Numbered from the stretch's first letter, positions 51,478 to 61,058 are shown. The stretch: DNA of 64,000 nt from Patescibacteria group bacterium (GCA_035530075.1 DATKVM010000009.1:1718-65717); one strand, 5' to 3'. Notes: generated by a model not told the origin, from the letters alone. Numbers and translations: made by a program.

Positions 51478-52674
51478 TTATTCTATGAATTTAAAAGAGG
51501 AAAGGATTTGATCTATGGTTTGCTGAAAGCCTTTTTTTGCTGGGTCTCCCACTAAGTACAATATTTTTACATTGTTCTTTCCAGACTGGAGGTAAATGTA
51601 CTTAACGGTTCCCAATCCCCTCACGGTATAGGTGTAACCTTCGTACCCGTTTAAGGTTATCTTTTCCTTGCTCTTGACAATATCGGCATTTTCTTTGGAC
51701 TTCTCGATTTCGCCATCAACGTATCTACTCAAATTGTTGTCTGGCAAGACAAGAGGCAATGAGAATTGCAGAGTAAATCCATCATATAGTTCTGTGGCTT
51801 CTTTTTGAGTTGGTCCAAGTTGAGTTAGTATAATCATATTTTCCTCTTTTAGTGTTGCTTCAGGCGGATATTTAAAAGTATAGGGGGAATTAGGACTTTG
51901 ATAAGTTTTCCAGTTTTCAGTTGACGAAGTTTGGTCTAAAAATTTAAAAGTAGAAAGGATTTGCTCCAGTATGGGTAACAGCTGTTCTCTTTTATTGTGC
52001 GATCCTGTCATCAGGCGAATTGTCGCCACTTTATTATTCTCACCCATAACAATGGCATCATATTCTGAATATTCTCTCTCCGGCTCAGCATAGAAAACTG
52101 CTGTTTGTGTCCTCTCTCCTTCCAGTGTTTTAACTTTTATGTATGAGCCTGTTATTCCTGGAAAAGGCTGAGCAATAACCGCATTATTAACTGTTTTAAT
52201 CGCTGATAAATATGGCTCGAGACTACCCCTCGCTGGATTAAAAACAATCAGCTCAAGCTGTAAATCAGCTTCAGTTAAAGTCCGATGGTCGCGTTTTTCT
52301 TGGCTACTGAATGCCTGAAAATTTAACTGGGCAAGGTCGGGTGAGACTATCGGTTTATTAGTAAAGGGGAGAAGGCTGCTGGGATATTTAAAAGTAACGC
52401 CAACCTGTCCATCTGAGACAGTTTCCCACCCAGCCGTTGGATCTGGAGTTGGGGTTGGTTCAGGGGTAATTGTTAGGGTGCTTGTTAACTCTGCTTTAGG
52501 CAAAGCCCTTTTTTGGCCAATCACAATTCCTGCACATAAAACCCCCAACACCCCCAATATCCCCAATCCCCATAACAAAACATAATTTAGGATTGGTTTG
52601 GGTTTTTTGACTTCAACCGGCTGTTCTATAACTGGCCGGGTAATTTGATCTTGTTCTTCCATTGTTCTCCTCAA
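51478..52674 (-). CDS. Paralog-family surface protein B (two modules)
   Basis: Two W.TY...F.YP modules, each ending in ILSTFKFL or ILSSFKFIE. Abuts gene A with no intergenic gap. Confidence 0.6.
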   Translation of the reverse strand: MRRTMEEQDQITRPVIEQPVEVKKPKPILNYVLLWGLGILGVLGVLCAGIVIGQKRALPKAELTSTLTITPEPTPTPDPTAGWETVSDGQVGVTFKYPSSLLPFTNKPIVSPDLAQLNFQAFSSQEKRDHRTLTEADLQLELIVFNPARGSLEPYLSAIKTVNNAVIAQPFPGITGSYIKVKTLEGERTQTAVFYAEPEREYSEYDAIVMGENNKVATIRLMTGSHNKREQLLPILEQILSTFKFLDQTSSTENWKTYQSPNSPYTFKYPPEATLKEENMIILTQLGPTQKEATELYDGFTLQFSLPLVLPDNNLSRYVDGEIEKSKENADIVKSKEKITLNGYEGYTYTVRGLGTVKYIYLQSGKNNVKILYLVGDPAKKGFQQTIDQILSSFKFIE

Positions 52675-53873
52675 TTAATAAACTTAACCGTTGAAACAAT
52701 CGTCTCAAAGTTATCATTCTGCGACAACTCCTCCCTAAAAAAAAGAACAATCATCTGATTCCCTCTTGGAATCATAAAATAAGTACCTCCCCCGGAATAT
52801 TCCGTAAAAAAGAGCGAGAGGGCACTTTTCCCATCAATATTCCATTCATTGATATCTTTTACGTATTTTACTGCATGCTCAGAAAATGAAGTCCCAGGAC
52901 CAAAAAATTGCTGAGACCAAAATTCTCTTCTACTCAACCCCCTCGGATTATTATAAAGACTGACGGCAAAGTCGAATGAAAGACCTCGGTTAGGATCGTC
53001 GAACATAACCCTTCTGACCAGGTTGTCGACACTAAACTCGGCTTCACCTTTTTCTTCCCAAGAAGAGGGAACTTTAAAAGAAATAAACAATTTAGGATAG
53101 GATTTACTTATCCAGCTTGAAGTATCAACTTTTTTTTGAGGGATTCTTAAGACCGGAATTGTTGGCTTGAGAGTAACCTGAGAACCTTTTTCATTCAAAA
53201 ATTTAAAGGTAGAAAGGATTTGGTTAAAAATGTTTAGATAATATTGCTTGTCGGTTTCAAAACATTCCTGACTTAAACATTCAAAAAGAATACTATATAC
53301 CCGATCCCCTTTTATTGCCAAAACATATCCCTGCGCCTTTTTTTCTTTAGATTCCAACCATTTAGTCGCCATGGTCCCGTCCAAAGAAAATTTTTCGCCA
53401 CTTTGTTTCTGCTCTCCTTCAGCCGACTTTCTGGCTGTATCAGTATCAGAAACAGAGATGGTAATCTGTGCTTTATATTCATCGGCCTCCAAAACCACAT
53501 TACTAACATTTTGAGTTATTGATCCCAAAGACCCCAAGTCCTTGACCGTCCATTCAGTTGGGTATTTAACAGAAAATTTCCCCTCTGAATTACTGTACGT
53601 TTTCCAGTCTGCCGTTGGGTCAGGAGTTGGAGTAGGCTGGGCAATAGTGGTTGGTGTGGGTAAAGGTTGACGACTAGGCAATATCCCGCTTAAAAATCCT
53701 TTTTGGCCAAGGACAATACCGGCAAAAAGCACTCCCACCACCAAAACCAGTCCTAAGACCACAAACCAAAATGTTTTGAGTTTAGCTGTCGGTTGAGGCG
53801 GTGCTGGAGTCGCAGGAACAGCAGGCGGTGGTGGAGACGACGTTGGCGGTGTCGGTGGAATTTGTTCTTCCAT
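52671..53873 (-). CDS. Paralog-family surface protein C (two modules)
   Basis: The first 90 aa are almost identical to protein D. Motifs ILSTFKFL and IVSTVKFIN. Overlaps gene B by 4 nt. Confidence 0.6.
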   Translation of the reverse strand: MEEQIPPTPPTSSPPPPAVPATPAPPQPTAKLKTFWFVVLGLVLVVGVLFAGIVLGQKGFLSGILPSRQPLPTPTTIAQPTPTPDPTADWKTYSNSEGKFSVKYPTEWTVKDLGSLGSITQNVSNVVLEADEYKAQITISVSDTDTARKSAEGEQKQSGEKFSLDGTMATKWLESKEKKAQGYVLAIKGDRVYSILFECLSQECFETDKQYYLNIFNQILSTFKFLNEKGSQVTLKPTIPVLRIPQKKVDTSSWISKSYPKLFISFKVPSSWEEKGEAEFSVDNLVRRVMFDDPNRGLSFDFAVSLYNNPRGLSRREFWSQQFFGPGTSFSEHAVKYVKDINEWNIDGKSALSLFFTEYSGGGTYFMIPRGNQMIVLFFREELSQNDNFETIVSTVKFIN

Positions 53874-54604
53874 TATTCTAAAAATTTAAAAGTGGCAAGG
53901 ATTTGGTCAAAAAGTTCTACATACTCCTGGCAGTAAGGAACTTCTGCTTTGGCTACAGCAAGACCTGCCATATACCGAACATTGTTCTCAAAAAGCACGA
54001 TTCTATTACACAACTCCGGCTCACGGATGTCAACAACCACCGCCCGTTTTCCTGCTACAGTCACATAACTTTTCTTTACTTCTCGTGTTAAATGAGGAAC
54101 ATCTTGGTACATTAGTTTATCGGCATGCTCTTCAAGTGTGTCTTCGTTGAGAACTAGATAGTTAATACTGAATCCAGCTTTCTGACCATCAATTAAGTCT
54201 TGCATCGAACCATTATCTACAGGAAAAGAAAAAACTGCTTCAAAACCTCCTCCATAAGTCCTCACTGCCCTATGAGGAAACCAACCTTGAGGATATTTCA
54301 AAGAGAAATTCATTTCATCACTTTGGTATGTCTGCCAATTTGCCGCTGGGTCAGGAGTTGGAGTAGGCTGGGCGATAGTGGTTGGTGTGGGTAAAGGTTG
54401 ACGACTAGGCAATATCCCGCTTAAAAATCCTTTTTGGCCAAGGACAATACCGGCAAAAAGCGCTCCTCCCACCAAAACCAGTCCCAAGATAACAAACAAA
54501 AATGTTTTTGGCCTTGCCACGGATTGGGATGGTACTGGAGTCGCAGGAACAGCAGGCGGTGGCGGTGGAGATATTGGTGGTGTCGGCGGAATTTGTTCTT
54601 CCAT
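53873..54604 (-). CDS. Paralog-family surface protein D (one module)
   Basis: N-terminus MEEQIPPTPP..., a single module ending ILATFKFLE. Overlaps gene C by 1 nt. Confidence 0.6.
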   Translation of the reverse strand: MEEQIPPTPPISPPPPPAVPATPVPSQSVARPKTFLFVILGLVLVGGALFAGIVLGQKGFLSGILPSRQPLPTPTTIAQPTPTPDPAANWQTYQSDEMNFSLKYPQGWFPHRAVRTYGGGFEAVFSFPVDNGSMQDLIDGQKAGFSINYLVLNEDTLEEHADKLMYQDVPHLTREVKKSYVTVAGKRAVVVDIREPELCNRIVLFENNVRYMAGLAVAKAEVPYCQEYVELFDQILATFKFLE

Positions 54605-54655
54605 AAATTATTCTAAAAATTTAAAAGGGGTTTGTATATCCATAAATTTTCTATT

Positions 54656-55942
54656 TTATAGAGTCCAACATTTAGTCAAGTCCAAAGACTCTCCGAGCTT
54701 AATGCTTTTAAGAAGGTTAACAAACTCTGAGCTGTTTTTGGCACGATTGCTCCAAGAAAGAATTAAGGCTTTATTGCCAACAGGAACGACCACTGCGGAT
54801 TCGGAACCAGAATCCCCAATCGGTCCTTTTTCAATCATGAGGCTTTTCTGGCCTTGGATTACCGCCTCTTCATATTGATAGGTATAGCCTGATTCAGTCC
54901 CGTAAAGCTGCCGCCTTGAGCCTCCATCGTAGGGAACAACTTTAGCCATTAGAATACCGCCGGCATTATTATTAAAATATTTATAACAAGCACCATCCCG
55001 CTTTTCTTCTCCCCCTGCACTGGGCTGGAAACTTGAAGGATGCTGAATTGAATACCCGGTGGGCGAACTATATTCTAACCAACCGGCAATTTTCTCGAAA
55101 CTAATCAATCTCGCTTTCTCCCCGCTCGATACCTCCTCCTCGGTATTTGAACCGCCAGATTCTTTATCCAGGAATTTGAAAGTGGAAAGGATTTGATCAA
55201 AGAGATCCCTCTCCTCTTTCCCTAAAAGGTATTCTGTTATTACCGCCAGATTCTTACCGGAAGAAGTGATATAGACCTTAAAAGAGAGTGGCCCCAATGG
55301 CACTGCCGGATTGGCTGACTCGTTTTCAATTTTTTTTGTCTCTGCTTCGACCACAAACATTTCGTTACTTCCAATCTTTTTTTCCTCTGTGGTGATAACC
55401 TTAAAAGCATATGGATGTACCCCTTCGCCATTAAAAGTTTTCTTACCGTACTTAACCCACCAATCTTCCGGCTTTAGATCGGAGGATACCTTTCCCACCA
55501 AAAACCAATTAAGTGATTCGCATCCACACTCGATCTCCACCCCCGAATCATGTTCAATAAGATATTTTTGGTAACTTTCTGGATATCTAAAGGAAAAACC
55601 ATGCTTTTCGCTTGTATATGTTAGCCAACCAGCAAAAGGTTCCGAAGTTGGTTCAATGACTTCTGGAGTTGGCGTAATCCCTCTCCTGGAAGCCAGCCAG
55701 ATATCCAAAAGAGATTCTTTTCTGGTAATTCTTAGACCGGAGCCAACCAGGATAATTAAGGCCAAAACTAAACCGGCACCGAGCACCAAAAGCGCTTTTA
55801 AACAAACCTGCCAAGGTTTGGGCTTGGGCGGGCAAACCGGACAAGGAGGCAGAACAGGACAATTAACGGGTGTTTCCTTAACCTTCAGTTGAGGAATTTC
55901 GGTTTCCTGCTTGGGCGGGCTTTCCATAACTAAATTTAACAT
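54656..55942 (-). CDS. Paralog-family surface protein E (two modules, Cys/Pro-rich N-tail)
   Basis: FAGWLTYTSEKHGFSFRYP and IAGWLEYSSPTGYSIQHP modules. Internal ILSTFKFL. Confidence 0.6.
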   Translation of the reverse strand: MLNLVMESPPKQETEIPQLKVKETPVNCPVLPPCPVCPPKPKPWQVCLKALLVLGAGLVLALIILVGSGLRITRKESLLDIWLASRRGITPTPEVIEPTSEPFAGWLTYTSEKHGFSFRYPESYQKYLIEHDSGVEIECGCESLNWFLVGKVSSDLKPEDWWVKYGKKTFNGEGVHPYAFKVITTEEKKIGSNEMFVVEAETKKIENESANPAVPLGPLSFKVYITSSGKNLAVITEYLLGKEERDLFDQILSTFKFLDKESGGSNTEEEVSSGEKARLISFEKIAGWLEYSSPTGYSIQHPSSFQPSAGGEEKRDGACYKYFNNNAGGILMAKVVPYDGGSRRQLYGTESGYTYQYEEAVIQGQKSLMIEKGPIGDSGSESAVVVPVGNKALILSWSNRAKNSSEFVNLLKSIKLGESLDLTKCWTL

Positions 55943-55979
55943 TTTTTGTCGGGAAGGCGCAAGTCTGGCCGTTTTTTGG

Positions 55980-57125
55980 TCAAGGAAGTTTGATAAGTTT
56001 GACTCCTGAAAGCCACTCTTTTTCGACCATTCCTAAATCAGCAGTGGTAATAATCGTTTGTTGCTCTCCCACCACGTCCAAAACCATCTTTCGATGACTA
56101 ACATCCAATTCCGAAAAAATATCATCCAAAAGTAAAACCAGTGGCTCCTGGGTTTTCTCCCGAATGAATTTTAGCTCCCCCAACTTTAGCCACAAAACAG
56201 CCAGGCGCTGCTCTCCCCTGGAGCCAAAAACCGCTAAATCCCGGCCAGCTCCCACTTCTTCCGCCAGCTTCTCTCCATTTTTAAGCATCCGAACTTTAAA
56301 ATCATCCCGATGAGGGCCAACCAAAGTACTGGCGGCCGCCACTTCCTCTTTTTCATACTGAGCCAACCTTTCCAGAGAAATCGGACTGCGGTCATATTCA
56401 ATTTGGAAACAGGGAACAGTGGCGCTGTTCATCTTACAGATAAGCAAGGTGGAGTTGGCGTTTAGGAAGTTAATAAACTCCTCCCTTTTGGCCGTAATTA
56501 AATTCCCATTTTTAATCAAAAGCTGGTCCCAAAAGTAAAGCTTTTTCCTTTCTGTTTCTTGGTTATATTTTAAAAGCCCGCTAACTTCCGCCTGGGCGCG
56601 GGCTTCCCGAATTTCTTCCAAAATCCGGTTGCGGGTTTTTAAGCCTTTTTCATAAGAGAGGCTGGCGCGAGCATATTCTTTATCAACTTGAGACAAAACA
56701 TTATCTAAATATTTTCGCCGAATACTGGGTGAGCCGAGAATTAATTCCAAGTCTTCCGGCCCAAAATAGACCGCTCGTAGCCGGCCGACAAAATCAACCG
56801 CCCTTTTACTAACGCCGTTGACCAAATATTTTTTCTTAGCCACTTTCTCCCCCATCACTACCCCTCGAGTTAAAATAATTTTTAGATTTTCGCCGCTACC
56901 TAAAAGCCCTTCTGCGTCCGCCACTTCTTCACCATAGCAAATCATTTCGCTCTCTACCCCTTTGACTCGAAAACTTTTGCCTGTTGCCAGTAAATAAACT
57001 GCCTCCAAAATATTGGTCTTGCCAACCGCATTGGGACCAACAATTAGGTTGCGGTCAGCGGAAAAGAAAATCTCTTTTTGAGCGAAGTTGCGAAAGTTAC
57101 GTAGAGTAATCAGTTTTAAAATCAT
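55980..57125 (-). CDS. recF: DNA replication and repair protein RecF
   Basis: N-terminal LRNFRNF...GPNAVGKTN Walker A and a C-terminal SMC-like signature. Confidence 0.85.
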   Translation of the reverse strand: MILKLITLRNFRNFAQKEIFFSADRNLIVGPNAVGKTNILEAVYLLATGKSFRVKGVESEMICYGEEVADAEGLLGSGENLKIILTRGVVMGEKVAKKKYLVNGVSKRAVDFVGRLRAVYFGPEDLELILGSPSIRRKYLDNVLSQVDKEYARASLSYEKGLKTRNRILEEIREARAQAEVSGLLKYNQETERKKLYFWDQLLIKNGNLITAKREEFINFLNANSTLLICKMNSATVPCFQIEYDRSPISLERLAQYEKEEVAAASTLVGPHRDDFKVRMLKNGEKLAEEVGAGRDLAVFGSRGEQRLAVLWLKLGELKFIREKTQEPLVLLLDDIFSELDVSHRKMVLDVVGEQQTIITTADLGMVEKEWLSGVKLIKLP

Positions 57126-57167
57126 GAGGTTATCTTAAGAAGCAGAGTCTTGTTTGTAAAGCAGTAT

Positions 57168-58049
57168 CTAAGTCTGACATTTTCGGCAAAAGAAGGTGCC
57201 GCGGCCACCTAAATTAACTCTTTCTACTTTGCCGTCACATTTTGGACAAGGCTTTCCGGTCTTGCCATAAACCTGTAAATGGTTTTGATAATCACCTTTC
57301 TCACCGCTAATTTGCCGATAAGCTTCATCGCGGTCGGAAGTGCCTTTACGTTTAATCGCCTCCGTCAAAACCCAAATAATCGAATCTCTCAGTAGCTTAA
57401 TATCTTTATCACCCAATGAATTGGCCGGTCTGGTTGGCATAATTCCGGCTTTAAACAATGCTTCATTAACATAAATATTGCCCACTCCGGCGAGTTTTTC
57501 CTGGTCCAAAATCACCAGCTTGACTGGCTTTTTAGTCTTTGAAAGGATACTTTGGAAGTACTCGAAAGTGAAGGCTTTCTCGTCATTGGCTTCCGGTCCA
57601 AGTTTGCCTCCCCCCACTTCCCCTAAATCTCTTATTACCTTTACCCACCCAAATATTCTTAAATCGTTAAAAAATAATCTGCCCCCATTATCAAAAGAAA
57701 TAATTACTCGAGTGAATTTATTGGGGAGCTCGCAAACTTTAAAAGGGCTTTCTTCTTTTTCGGCACAGCCTTTTATCCCCCCACCGTGGGAACTATAAAT
57801 CAGCTGACCGGTTAGCTTAAGGTGAATGGCCAGGTAAAGGCCCCCTTCCAACTCAATCAAGGCAATCTTCGCTCTTCTTTTGACTCCAATTACCTTTTTC
57901 CCAATTACCTCTTCACCCTCCGAAGCTTTATGCGAAGGAGGGCCGATAAAACTTTTTTTATTCAAAACCTCAACCTCGGTAATTTTTAGACCTTTGAGCC
58001 TTTGGTCCAGTTGCAATCTTATGGTCTCGACTTCGGGTAATTCCGGCAT
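57168..58049 (-). CDS. mutM: Formamidopyrimidine-DNA glycosylase (Fpg/Nei family)
   Basis: N-terminal MPELPEVE with catalytic Pro2/Glu3. C-terminal zinc finger CPKCDGKVERVNLGGRGTFFCRKCQ. Confidence 0.85.
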   Translation of the reverse strand: MPELPEVETIRLQLDQRLKGLKITEVEVLNKKSFIGPPSHKASEGEEVIGKKVIGVKRRAKIALIELEGGLYLAIHLKLTGQLIYSSHGGGIKGCAEKEESPFKVCELPNKFTRVIISFDNGGRLFFNDLRIFGWVKVIRDLGEVGGGKLGPEANDEKAFTFEYFQSILSKTKKPVKLVILDQEKLAGVGNIYVNEALFKAGIMPTRPANSLGDKDIKLLRDSIIWVLTEAIKRKGTSDRDEAYRQISGEKGDYQNHLQVYGKTGKPCPKCDGKVERVNLGGRGTFFCRKCQT

Positions 58050-58081
58050 CTTGGCCTAATTCTACCACGATGGAAAAGAAG

Positions 58082-58585
58082 TTACTGGAGGCTTTTGGGA
58101 TTCCAGTGACCAATCTTTTTAGCAAGAAGATAGTTGCTCTCATTGCAATAACCTTCTTTCACAAAACCATATTTTTTGAAACCGAACTTCTGATAAAAAG
58201 GCAAATTACGCTTGTCGCAGGTCAAGTCCAACATATGAGCCTGATTCTTTTTCGCCCATTTTTCCCAAAACTTAAGCATGCGACCACCAATGCCTAGCCC
58301 TTGATAGCTCCGGTCAACAATTAACCAATCGCAGTAAGCGACGCCACCAAAAACAGCATCGGTAGTTAAAAAGCCAACCACTTTCTCATCTTTGTCTTTA
58401 GCCAAAAAGACAACTTCTGACCCTTCTTTTATCCACCTCATCAAATGATTTTTCCGATGTTGCTTCCACTTAAAAGTAGCCATTTGGGGCGAATACTCCT
58501 TAAAATCTCCAAATAGGGAACGTTTAAAGACGGCATAAAATGCCGGCAGATCTTTTTGCTTCAGTTTCTCGATTTTAATTTCCAC
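58082..58585 (-). CDS. GNAT-family N-acetyltransferase
   Basis: Acetyl-CoA-binding motif QGLGIGGRML. Confidence 0.7.
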   Translation of the reverse strand: MEIKIEKLKQKDLPAFYAVFKRSLFGDFKEYSPQMATFKWKQHRKNHLMRWIKEGSEVVFLAKDKDEKVVGFLTTDAVFGGVAYCDWLIVDRSYQGLGIGGRMLKFWEKWAKKNQAHMLDLTCDKRNLPFYQKFGFKKYGFVKEGYCNESNYLLAKKIGHWNPKSLQ

Positions 58586-58610
58586 TTAAGAGCCCGATTA
58601 TACCAAATGT

Positions 58611-58745
58611 TATAAGCTTAAGTAAAGGGCCTTGAAATCGCAGATTTCTAAGCTTTCAACCGCTTTGCCAGTATTTTACACGGAGGCTTGAAACCTTACT
58701 TTGCCTTCACTACCGAGCGGGGTTCAGACAAAGCGGTTATAGGGT
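58611..58745. repeat. REP/MITE-like repeat copy 2 (extended form) between the glycosyltransferase and GNAT genes
   Basis: TATAAGCTT, a 30-nt spacer, TAAGCTTTCAACCGCTTTGCCAG, about 70 nt, then CAAAGCGGTTATAGGG. Arms AACCGCTTTG/CAAAGCGGTT form a long-range inverted repeat. Confidence 0.55.
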
Positions 58746-58777
58746 ATTTCAATGAGGAACTGGAGAGTGAAAAATGG

Positions 58778-59878
58778 CTATGATATGACCTTTTTAACCA
58801 AGGAATCGATTTCTTTTTTAAATCTTTCTTTAGAGAACTTCTCCGCCTGCTTCCGGCAATCCTCGGGTTTATACTTCATTGGATCAAAGCTCTTTAAGGT
58901 TTTCGCTAGAGCTTCGGCGGTTGACTCATTGAAAAATTCTCCTGTCTTCCCCTCAACTACCGTTTCCAAATACCCCCCGCCCCGAAAAGCAATTACCGGC
59001 CGACCGGCCGCCATTGCTTCCACCGGTGTCATCCCAAAATCCTCATCTGTTGCCGCAACAATAAAGGCTTTAGCTCCCGCCATTAATTCCTGTCTCTCCT
59101 CATTACTGACTGTCCCCAAAAATTCGACTGTTGGCCCGGCAATTGACTCTAGAGATTCCCTCTGCAAACCGTCCCCATATATTTTTAAAGGAAGTTTCAG
59201 TTGGTTACAAGCTTTTACCACCAAATCAAAATTCTTCGGCAATTCTAATCTCCCCCCGGTTAAAAAATAATCTTCCCGTGACCCGCCTGCAACGCTCCGC
59301 GTGCGGGCAGGTATTTCTACTGGAGGGTTAATCACCACCGACTCCCTCCGGTAAAATTTTTTAATTCTTGCCTGCACTTCTTTGCTGTTGGCAATAAACC
59401 AAGTCACTTTCTGTGCCTGTTTAAAATCATAAAGCCGCATAAAATGATTGACCAGGGCGGCATAAAGGCGAACATACCAGTGCTTCTGCCAATTACGGGA
59501 AGTTTCATAGCCATAAAGGTAGCGAGGAGGAGTATGACAGTAACAAATCTCTTTGGTTTTGCCCCGAGCAAAACCCTTAGTAACCGCCCAGCTGGCTGAG
59601 GAAATGACTAAATCATAGTCGCGAAAATTGAAACTACCCCAAATCAAGGGTAGTAAAAACCGCAGCGGACTAATAAGCTTGTCTGCCCAGGGAAGCTTGC
59701 CAAACCAGCTTTCAATAATCTTGGCGTTTTTGAATTTTTCCTGGAGTAACCTGTCTTTTTTAACTTCGGAAAAAACGGTGAAAATCGGCGCTTGGGGGAA
59801 AATCTCATGCAAGGCGACTACCACCTGGACCGCCCCTCCCCACTTAAGATAGTCATCCGCAATGGCAACTTTCATCAA
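58778..59878 (-). CDS. Glycosyltransferase family 4 (GT-B fold)
   Basis: C-terminal EDFGMTPVEAMAAGRPVIA (EX7E-type) motif. Confidence 0.8.
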   Translation of the reverse strand: MMKVAIADDYLKWGGAVQVVVALHEIFPQAPIFTVFSEVKKDRLLQEKFKNAKIIESWFGKLPWADKLISPLRFLLPLIWGSFNFRDYDLVISSASWAVTKGFARGKTKEICYCHTPPRYLYGYETSRNWQKHWYVRLYAALVNHFMRLYDFKQAQKVTWFIANSKEVQARIKKFYRRESVVINPPVEIPARTRSVAGGSREDYFLTGGRLELPKNFDLVVKACNQLKLPLKIYGDGLQRESLESIAGPTVEFLGTVSNEERQELMAGAKAFIVAATDEDFGMTPVEAMAAGRPVIAFRGGGYLETVVEGKTGEFFNESTAEALAKTLKSFDPMKYKPEDCRKQAEKFSKERFKKEIDSLVKKVIS

Positions 59879-59898
59879 AATTTGGCCTCAAATTGCTA

Positions 59899-59929
59899 GT
59901 TGACAGGAATATTTCCTTTTTTCTATAAT
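59899..59929 (+). promoter_or_regulatory. Consensus sigma70 promoter TTGACA-18-TATAAT on the plus strand
   Basis: TTGACA at 59899-59904 and TATAAT at 59924-59929. No plus-strand CDS follows. Confidence 0.5.
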
Positions 59930-59936
59930 TCGGCTA

Positions 59937-59997
59937 CTGTTAGAGTAATCTAGCAATTTATGGGGGGTTTCGAGCAATCGGGCCCCCCGTTTTTTTG
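59937..59997 (+). ncRNA. Candidate small RNA of about 60 nt (promoter to intrinsic terminator)
   Basis: Inferred TSS near 59937. Hairpin GGGGGGTTTCGAGCAATCGGGCCCCCC (59962-59988) followed by T7. Confidence 0.35.
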
Positions 59998-59999
59998 CT

Positions 60000-60923
60000 T
60001 TAAAACAAGCTGGGCTGATGTTCTTCCTCTTCATTTTCTTTCTGAGCTGAACCACTAAGACGATTGACTAGACTGCGAAAGCCCAATTCCTTAAAAAACT
60101 CGACGACCTTTCCTTTATCATAATCTTTTGCCAAGCACTTTTCCAAATCGAGAGTCACGGGCACATTTTTTAAAATCGTGGCTAGTTTTTTGGAAAGAGC
60201 CGCGCTTTCAGCGCCTTCGGTCAATTTGGCCAAAACTGTTTTACTTTCAACTTTATCCAGACTCCGGTAAATGTTTTCCATCCTCCCAAATTTCTCCAGT
60301 AATCCTACCGCCGTCTTTGGCCCAATTCCTGGCACCCCGGGATAATTATCTGATTGGTCCCCCACTAGGCCTTTGTAATCAACGATTTTCCCCGGCGAAA
60401 CGCCCATTTTCTCCTTCACTTCTTTCTCGCCGACTAGCTGACCTTCAGAAAGACCACGGGTAGGCATAAAGAGCTTTATTTTCTCTGTCACCAGCTGCAT
60501 TAAATCCCGATCACCGGTAACAATCACTACTTCATTAACTTTACCCGGGGGCGCTTGGACCGCCAGCGTTCCGATAACATCATCCGCTTCGAAACCTTCA
60601 ACGGCAAAAATGGGAATATTAAACGCACGCACTAATTCATAAACCTTTTCGATTTGGCCGACTAACTCAGCATCCGTCCGCGGGCGGTGAGCTTGATAGC
60701 CAACATATTCCTGATGACGGAAATTAGGTTTGGCGGTATCAAAAGCAACGGCAATATATTTGGGTTTCATTTCCTGAAGGATTTTTAAAAGCATCGTCGC
60801 AAAGCCATAAACGGCATTCACCAGCTCCCCGCTGCGAGTAGTTAAAGGCGGTAAAGCGTGGTAAGCCCGGTGCAAAATGGCATTGCCGTCAATCAAAACC
60901 AAATCCTGTTTTTCTTGTTCCAT
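60000..60923 (-). CDS. Standalone 5'-3' exonuclease / flap endonuclease (Pol I N-terminal domain-like)
   Basis: LIDGNAILHRAYHA start, conserved acidic clusters, and a helix-hairpin-helix in GVPGIGPKTA. Stops at 307 aa with no polymerase domain following. Confidence 0.8.
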   Translation of the reverse strand: MEQEKQDLVLIDGNAILHRAYHALPPLTTRSGELVNAVYGFATMLLKILQEMKPKYIAVAFDTAKPNFRHQEYVGYQAHRPRTDAELVGQIEKVYELVRAFNIPIFAVEGFEADDVIGTLAVQAPPGKVNEVVIVTGDRDLMQLVTEKIKLFMPTRGLSEGQLVGEKEVKEKMGVSPGKIVDYKGLVGDQSDNYPGVPGIGPKTAVGLLEKFGRMENIYRSLDKVESKTVLAKLTEGAESAALSKKLATILKNVPVTLDLEKCLAKDYDKGKVVEFFKELGFRSLVNRLSGSAQKENEEEEHQPSLF

Positions 60924-61058
60924 GAAGCTATTTTACCACGAAATGCTGCTTTAATTCGCGCTATTTCGTTAACTTAGCAAATTCTTCTTCTATGGTCTCT
61001 CTTTCTAAGGCTGTCTTGGCAATTTTATCCGCTTTAGCACAAAGTTTCTTCTTTACCT

